A DNA stretch of 57,646 bases, the filler included, from Circinaria calcarea (lineage: Eukaryota), in NCBI GenBank assembly GCA_051942165.1. It is 3 parts of 3 records of this genome, joined end to end, with 100 filler letters (N's around TTAATTAATTAA, not from the genome) between each part and the next. Parts side by side here need not be neighbours in the genome. Positions count along the whole stretch, not along the records: positions 38,516 to 57,646 come from JAVECS010000216.1; 2 more parts are not named here. One strand, written 5' to 3'. The notes under the pieces were generated by a model. That model worked only from the letters and a program-made list of their open reading frames with translations. It was not told the DNA's origin and ran no database searches. The position numbers were made by a program, and so were the translations under genes. Shown piece after piece: positions 50,813-57,646 of the stretch. The number at the start of each line of letters is the position of its first letter. Within the stretch, counting starts at the first letter, position 1.

Positions 50813-52375
50813 ATGTTGTTTACAATCTCCTCAATCCTTGCCTTCGTGGCAGCTGTCCAAACTGTCTCCGCAATATCAAAGATTTCCACTGTTGGCTCGA
50901 AATTCTTTACTGAAGATGAAAATCAGTTTTACATCAAAGGTAGGATACTATCTACTGCTCTACAAGGGGAAGTTTGCTGATGTGGGTGTGCAGGCATTGC
51001 CTATCAACTCACCGAAGACGATCCCCTGATCAACACAGACCAATGCAAACTGGACGCCAAACAAATGCAGGACCTAGGTGCCAATACTATCAGAGTATAT
51101 CATGTTGACCCCAATGGCGACCATAAGGGATGTATGAGTGCATTTGCGGACGTTGGAATCTACCTCTTCGTGGATCTCGATACTTTCTCAACTTGGCTCA
51201 ATGCAGTAGGCAGGAATACAGCAACGAGCTTGGGGCCTTTCTGACAATTGGACACTCAGGTACCTCCAACGTGGAATCAAACCAAACTCACTGCCTATGA
51301 AGAAGTTCTAGATGAGTTTCAGGCAGGTTTTTTCAAGTGAAATACTGATAACAGGCAGAGCTAATACTTTGCAGCAATTTGATAATACTGCTGGTGTCTT
51401 TGTTGGAAATGAGGTCCTAAATACCGGTAAGCATAACTCAGGAGCATGCTCCAGCCTATACTGAGTCCGACCTCCAGCAAACGAATCGGATGCAGCGCCG
51501 TACCTAAAAGCTGCAGCGAGGGACCTTAAAGCCTACCGAGACTCTAAGGGATATCGAAAGATACCCATCGGTTACTCTGCATGTATGAACCTGTTCCCAT
51601 TGTAGGGTTGATATTTGCTGATGAAATGCCAGCTGACGTTCCTGGGCTTCGACCAATGCTACAAAATTACCTAGCCTGCGGCGAAACCCCTTCTGAGAGC
51701 CTTGACTTCTTCTCCCTCAACGCATATGAGTGGTGTGGTGCCGACTCTTCATACATGATCTCAGGTTATTCTCAACTCCAAGCAAATGCATCTGGCTATT
51801 CGATACCAATCTTCTTCTCTGAAACTGGATGTACCGCGGTTCGTCCTAGGACCTTTCAAGATCAGTCGGCCATCCTCGGACCCCAAATGGACGGTACTTG
51901 GTCTGGTGCAATCGTCTACGAATGGATCCAGGAAGCAAATGACTATGGGCTAATCAGCTATGGACCTTCAGCTGCAGCTACAGCGACCGATGCAGTGGGT
52001 GATTACACTAGATCCGGTACTCCCACTCCAATATCCCCAGATTACTCCAATCTGAAGAGCCAGTGGGCTACTCTCAGCCCAACAGGTGTCAAACTCTCGG
52101 ATTACTCCCCATCGGCCTCGAAACAGTCTCCACCAGCTTGCCCGGTATCCACACCAGATGGCTGGCTTGTGAATGGGAACGTCGCATTACCTACGGTGGG
52201 TCAAACCCTGGAGCGTAATGCCCCTACGACTGCAACATCAACGCCCTCAGCGACCGTTTCTGCAACCGGAGCTTCAGCGACGCCAACGAAGGGAACCGCG
52301 AACGGAGGCAGAGAAATTGCGGGGATGAGCATCGGGCTAGCCGGGGTGATGTTGGGTTTCATCGTCTGGTTGTGA
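50813..52375 (+). CDS. GH72 1,3-beta-glucanosyltransferase (Gel/Gas family), GPI-anchored, no X8 domain
   Basis: Signal peptide, FYIKGIAYQ, LGANTIRVYHVDP, FVGNEV (acid/base), YRKIPIGYS, LNAYEWCG, IPIFFSETGC (nucleophile) and WSGAIVYEW. Ser/Thr tail and hydrophobic C-terminus. Confidence 0.94.
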
Positions 52376-53369
52376 GCGGGTGTTGCTCTTATCTTTTCTT
52401 GTACCAATTATTGCGTGCAGGCCTGACGAAGCCTGCACATTGTGTCGTACTCCTATCTAATTCTGTTGCATAATGATAATGATCAGAGATGCATAGGCAT
52501 AGGCATCAGCATAGCAGGACGGGATGCATTGGGAGGCGCAAGCCAGGTAATGATACAATGAAGCATCTTTCCTACAAATACATGTTGAACCTCACTCCCA
52601 TTAAGCGCTCGAGCTTTCTTCGGCCCCTAGGATGCATGAACGTAGAAACTTTCCTTTGTTTGGCATCGACGTGGCGCTGCCATTGCGTAATTTTTATGGT
52701 CGAATCCCGCCCTTTTGTCCAGAATTCACTCCGTCTCTCATTATAACAAGGAATCCGGAATTGCAAGATGGAAGCAAACGAGAAACAACCAAAACATTTT
52801 GCCACTTTCATGGGACCTTGGGTGATCTCACCTTCAGGCTAGGGATTAGATAAGAGGATTAATTTTCGAATAAAGCGTGTACGTCCTTTCCTTGTGTTTG
52901 CCTAGGTTCGAGGCGGAGTTGGTCTACTCATCTTTGGTGCCTGGGGGTAGGGTTTACCCTGATTTGTGGGGATATGTTGGGGAGGTTAGGGTTTAGGATT
53001 ATGCGGAGAGATTCGGGTGTTATTGATTGATGAGATATGCTGCAACATTACCCTGTGACGATCTGTTCCTCTCTGAGAAACTTTTCTATCTAATACTAGG
53101 ACTTCCTTTCGGCATGTCTCTTAGAGCTTACAACTGGTGATAAGATTTGACGCCTTTTAAGACTTGACCAAGATTTGGAGAAAAATACCTGTCCATGACG
53201 TGCTGGAGTAGCTCCGCTACATCAAACAGAGAAGCACTCTTTAATTAAAATGAAGCAAATTCGACAAGGTCTCATCACCATCAGGTCCTCAGACATCAGT
53301 TCAGCTTTGTTGATGTGGACTGTGCTTCGAAAACTCTAGAGCTCTGAAGAAGACCAACATTTCTTTTTG

Positions 53370-55295
53370 ATGACGCCTTTTCGCATGGGACTGCCATCTA
53401 GTCAGGCAATGCAAAGGCAAATAGGCTCCCAGGTACATTACCTAAGATCAAGACTGATGCATCCCACACGAAGTCGGAGGTTCAAGGTGGTAGCAATCCT
53501 CTTCTTCGCCTGCATTCTTGTCTTAGCAAGCGCATGGAGGAGGACAGACCGGGTCAGTTACCCCATGATCTAAATCAATAACGAAGCTCAATCAAAGTAG
53601 GGATCGTCTACCGAACGGCAGCCTTATGTCCATCAGTCGCCATCTGTGTCGCCGTTGCCTTTCACGGATGTGTTTATTACTGATCCTCCGCCTACCTCAC
53701 GTGGACCTAGCAAGCAACGCGACAGTACACCTAAACACGTCAAAGAGTACAAAGCATCCCTTCACCTGCTCATACCCAACAGCGAGCACGATGGCCACTT
53801 TTGCAAAACACTACTTTCGTCCTTCCTTCTCAACTACCCACCTCCTACCATAACAGACTATGGAAAAGCACCCACTGGTGATGGAGAGGACAAGGCTGCA
53901 CATGGACGCAAGATACAGGGAGTATATGATTTTCTTAGCAAGGATAAGAAGGTCCGTGATGAGGACCTGGTCTTGATCATAGACGGATCCGACGTTTGGT
54001 TTCAACTTCCCCCAGAGGTCCTTGTCAAAAGATATCACAACGTCATTCGGGATGCCAATCAAAGACTGAAGCAAAGATATGGTACAGTCGTTCGACAAAA
54101 GCCATGGGAAGCTTTGTCGAGACGATGGGTTCCAACCTATGTCCAAACTGTTATGTTTGCAAGCGATAAGCTTTGCTGGCCCAATCCAGCGGATTCCCCC
54201 GCTTGTGCTTCTCTTCCTCCATCCACCTTACCGCCAGACGCATATGGTCCAGAAACGGATAAGGATCCCGATGGTTTCAAAAACAGACCAAGGTTCTTGA
54301 ATGCAGGGACAATCATCGGACCTGTCTCTGATGTACGAGCTGTTTATGAACGAGCACTCGAGAAGGTAGAACGCGGTGGCGGAGCCCGTGGAGAACAATC
54401 CGTCTTTGCTGAAATCCTAGGCGAGCAGGAGGAACAACGCGAAGCTTTTCGGCAGACCTCGCGTGGTAGACTTCAACGTTGGCTTGAACAGTATCTAAGT
54501 GTTCTTGGAACTTCTTCCTCAACTCCAGTCAAATCACTGGTCAAAGAGACAACCGCCTACCCAGATCATCGCTATGATCGGTATGAGTTTTCCATTGGCC
54601 TAGACTACACTTCATCCGTAGTCCAGACCTTAACCCACTCTACCAGCGACGTCTCTTTTCTCACTCACAATTCCACACATCCCCTTCCGAACGACGTTTT
54701 GACTGCACGGCCCCCTATCCCAGGTCCCTATGAGCCAACTTACCTCGCAGCCAGTTCTCTCCCACCCTTCTCGACCAATCTCGACCTCGAACCTGGTTGT
54801 TTCGAAAAAGAAACCTGGCTTACCCTTCCGCTAGCCACCAACACCATTACCCACACTATTCCCGCTCTGATCCATGTCAACGGCGACAGGTCGTATCTCC
54901 AGGAATGGTGGCCAAAGATGTGGCTCCAGCCATATGCTCGCGCTTTACTCCGAGCCTACATGCGCACCCCGCAGCCGATGTTATGGGGAGTAAAGGGGCG
55001 GAGACAGAGGACTTGGGATCGAAGGGGCGGTAGGGGTGGTGTATGGACGACAAAGGCTACTTGGATTGGGTGGGATGAGATTTGCAAGGGCGTGGAGGAC
55101 GAAGTGTTTATGGATGGGAAGGGGGTGTGGATGAAGGAGGAAGGGGATGGAAAGATCTTCAATGAGTGGGGGACACAGATTACTGGGGAGAAAGATACGC
55201 CGGCGGGGAAGAATGAGTCAACGGAGAGGGGTGAGTCGTTGGAGAAGAGCGAGCCCGCAGAGAAGGACTCATCAACGGAGGAGAAAGAAACATAA
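53370..55295 (+). CDS. Type II membrane protein with a PLOD/LH3-like GT-A glycosyltransferase domain
   Basis: N-terminal TM (FKVVAILFFACILVLASAW), with an intron at 53553-53600 joining in frame. Motifs LVLIIDGSDVW, MFASDKLCWP, RFLNAGTIIG, EQSVF, LDYTSSVVQ and LIHVNG. Confidence 0.7.
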
Positions 55296-57025
55296 AAAGC
55301 CGAGGATCTTCAGCAACGAAGCTGAACAAGCTCAACGGATCAGAAAATTCTATAGAAGGAATAATAGGATAGCTGGGCAGCACTGTTTTCGCATCTACGG
55401 TGGAAGAACACGGCTTTTGAGTACACTTCAAAGGCCCAGTTGGTGATGAACTCGAGGGAAACTGAGCTGGTTGCTGCGCTGCGCTGTTCCACATCCCGCT
55501 CCCTCCCCACGGTGAAATTAAATATGGAGATAGAGGCCGGATCGCTACGCCAGGTAGGAATTTGAATGTTGGAGTGAAATGGTTATAGATCAGTTTGAGG
55601 AACGGGTGGACAGTGGGCGGTGGATTTTTGTTTCGGCCCCTGGAGTGGCGGGTGTGGATTGCAGATTGAGCCATTTCCCCGGACCCAAAGCCCTCTGGTT
55701 CTCCCTCCGTTGAGTGGAGCCACTTTTCCCTCTCTCTCAAGGTTCGTGATAGGTGGTAGGTGGCGGGTAGTCTGCAACTGCGACTGTCAATGCGAGCGGC
55801 GGTGATACCGATTACGTACAGCACCTTTTTAGTATCGGGTAAGGGGGCCGAGGTGAGTTTGGGTTGTAGCTAGGAGTACAATTTCGGATGCCCAACTCCC
55901 AGAAGGTAGATACGAGGAGACTTTGAGTCTCAACACCAAGCCCACCTACAGAGTACAGACTCCGCCGGCTCGAATACACAAGGGCCCGAAGGATTAAAAT
56001 TACTGACCGCGAGCGCTGTTTTGCAGGCAAAAATGGTCCGTGCAATACGATACCACCCGGGTGGATTCTGACCGGCAGAGTCTGGATTCTGAATGTGGGT
56101 TAGGTAGTCTTTTGGAAGTTTGTTTTGGGACAATAGAAGTTGAGTATCTTCACGCCCAAATGTCATATTCCTTCTTTGGGATCTTGGCGACGCCTACATA
56201 GGACAAGCGAGGCGTTTCAGACGGAGACTTTTTGTACTTCTGGCGATGGATCTGCAGCGCTCAGCCGGCCATGGCACATGGACCCTTTCCACTAATGTGA
56301 GATGGGAGCCATTCAGCAAGCCATGGACGTGCGATGGCGTTGCAACGTTGTTCGTATTGGTCCAAACCCCACCAGACTTGACAGCTGCTGGCAAACTTCC
56401 CTTTGAAATTGATTACCTGCATCGTGAGATTTGCAATATTCCTTTTCGTTTATCTGGTCATTGTTGGGGCCTCTTTCAGCCAGCCCGCATTCTCGCTCCG
56501 GTTTGCAGCTAATCCACTTGCTGGAAACTATTCCAGCAGCTCTCAGTGTCGATCATCGCCATCTTGCTCCTGGCCATGGCTGTGGTAGATCTTGGCCCAA
56601 CCCACAGCATGGTACACACTTGGCTCGGCCCTCTAGGCGGTCAGTGCCATCAATTATCAGTCATGGTACATCTAGTCTATACAGAATTATACGACGCCAC
56701 TTGCATTGGTGTGGCCTAGGAGGTTCGGCTTTCACACTGCTATGTCTACGGCAGCTTCTTGATCCGGTCAATCATTCCCTCCATATGGGCGTAACTCCCA
56801 GGCCGTGGAGATTATCAGCGTTTAATCGATTCCTTGAAGGGATCGGACTCTGGCCATGCCACAACCTTAAGTCCAGAACGACGAAGAGCAATACTTGAGG
56901 GAGCCCGAGTCTCATCCCTACTTAACATGTCCAGCGGCCCTTCACATGGTCAAAAGGCTACAGGTTCTTCTAGACGGGCATTCCGGAAATCGTGCTATTG
57001 CTTCCCACCTTTGTTGAGCAAGTTA

Positions 57026-57646
57026 GGGCTACGTGCAAACTCTCTTGGTACTTGCAACCCAACACTTTGAGCGTGAGTCGCCATTGATGAAGATTTCCCT
57101 GCAGGCAAGTGGCGTGAAAAACACCCGAACGAGAACGACCAACCAACAGTACCAGCGATGCCTGCCTCTAAAGAGAAGTCTGCTGTCAACGGAGTCAAGC
57201 CTTCAACCTCAGAAATGAGAGTCCAAGTGACACATAGCGACCGAGTTGTTGCAGACCTCCCAGATAATCTGATCACAAATGGCGAACAACACAGCTTTTC
57301 GGAGGACCACCAGATTGCTATTGTCAAAATAACTATGCGTAAATTGCGAGTGAGAGTTGTTGAGGAGCTTGACGACGTTGATGACTCCTTCCTCGATGAG
57401 ATGACCATCGAGGCCTTCTTGGAATATCTCACCATCGAACGTCTCAGACACATGCCTCATCGAGGTAGTCGATGGGATGAAGTTCTTAAATACGCAGAGT
57501 TCTTTAGCTTGCAGCTATCGGCTTACGGCGAGTCAGTTGGCCCCTTCATTCCAGAGAGCAGAAACGCTGCACGCCTCGCTTTAGCGAACTGCTATTTGCT
57601 TCTAGAGGTATTTCTTCCGGCGACTGTTGCCATGATCAAACTAAGA
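57026..57646 (+). CDS. 5' part of a gene truncated by the window edge; resembles the N-terminus of large fungal NACHT-domain proteins
   Basis: An open frame at 57158-57607 contains MTIEAFLEYLTIERLRHMPHRGSRWDEVLKYAEFF..LANCYLLLE, followed by a GT donor. The NACHT domain itself is not visible and the 5' exons are uncertain. Confidence 0.55.

Noticed and set aside
52414..52438. 8-bp GC hairpin after the GH72 stop
   Set aside because: Intrinsic terminators do not apply to Pol II genes, and a stem this short is expected by chance.
52940..53000. TTAGGG-like words
   Set aside because: One or two degenerate units, not an interstitial telomere array.
55180..56900. Several overlapping ORFs of 60-214 aa
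   Set aside because: No family motifs or consistent splice structure, so treated as intergenic.

Overview
This is eukaryotic DNA from a filamentous ascomycete (Pezizomycotina). The evidence is short GT-AG introns with CTAAC/CTGAC branch sites, a dispersed 5S rRNA gene and an AT-rich end that looks RIP-mutated. A lichen-forming lineage is my guess only. It is a gene-dense, mostly housekeeping segment with two scaffold gaps. In order: AT-rich repeat relic; Na+/H+ antiporter; RNase H1; 6-phosphofructo-2-kinase/FBPase-2; DUF202 membrane protein; flavocytochrome-b2-like oxidoreductase ending in SKL; two MITEs and a decayed 5S copy; AAA+ ATPase; small secreted protein; pyruvate carboxylase; clathrin heavy chain; INSIG protein; 5S rRNA; GNAT acetyltransferase; PTH11-like membrane protein; pseudokinase; hypothetical protein; a third MITE; a pseudogene; GH5 mannanase; GH72 glucanosyltransferase; a PLOD/LH3-like glycosyltransferase; and the 5' end of a truncated gene. 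I cannot demonstrate a new biological system from sequence alone. The best leads are (1) the PLOD-like glycosyltransferase in a co-oriented GH5-GH72-GT glycan trio, (2) the peroxisome-targeted flavocytochrome with an altered specificity residue and a hairpin-flanked alternative splice donor, and (3) a kinase fold lacking all catalytic motifs. Exon boundaries were read by eye and family calls come from motif recognition, not database searches.
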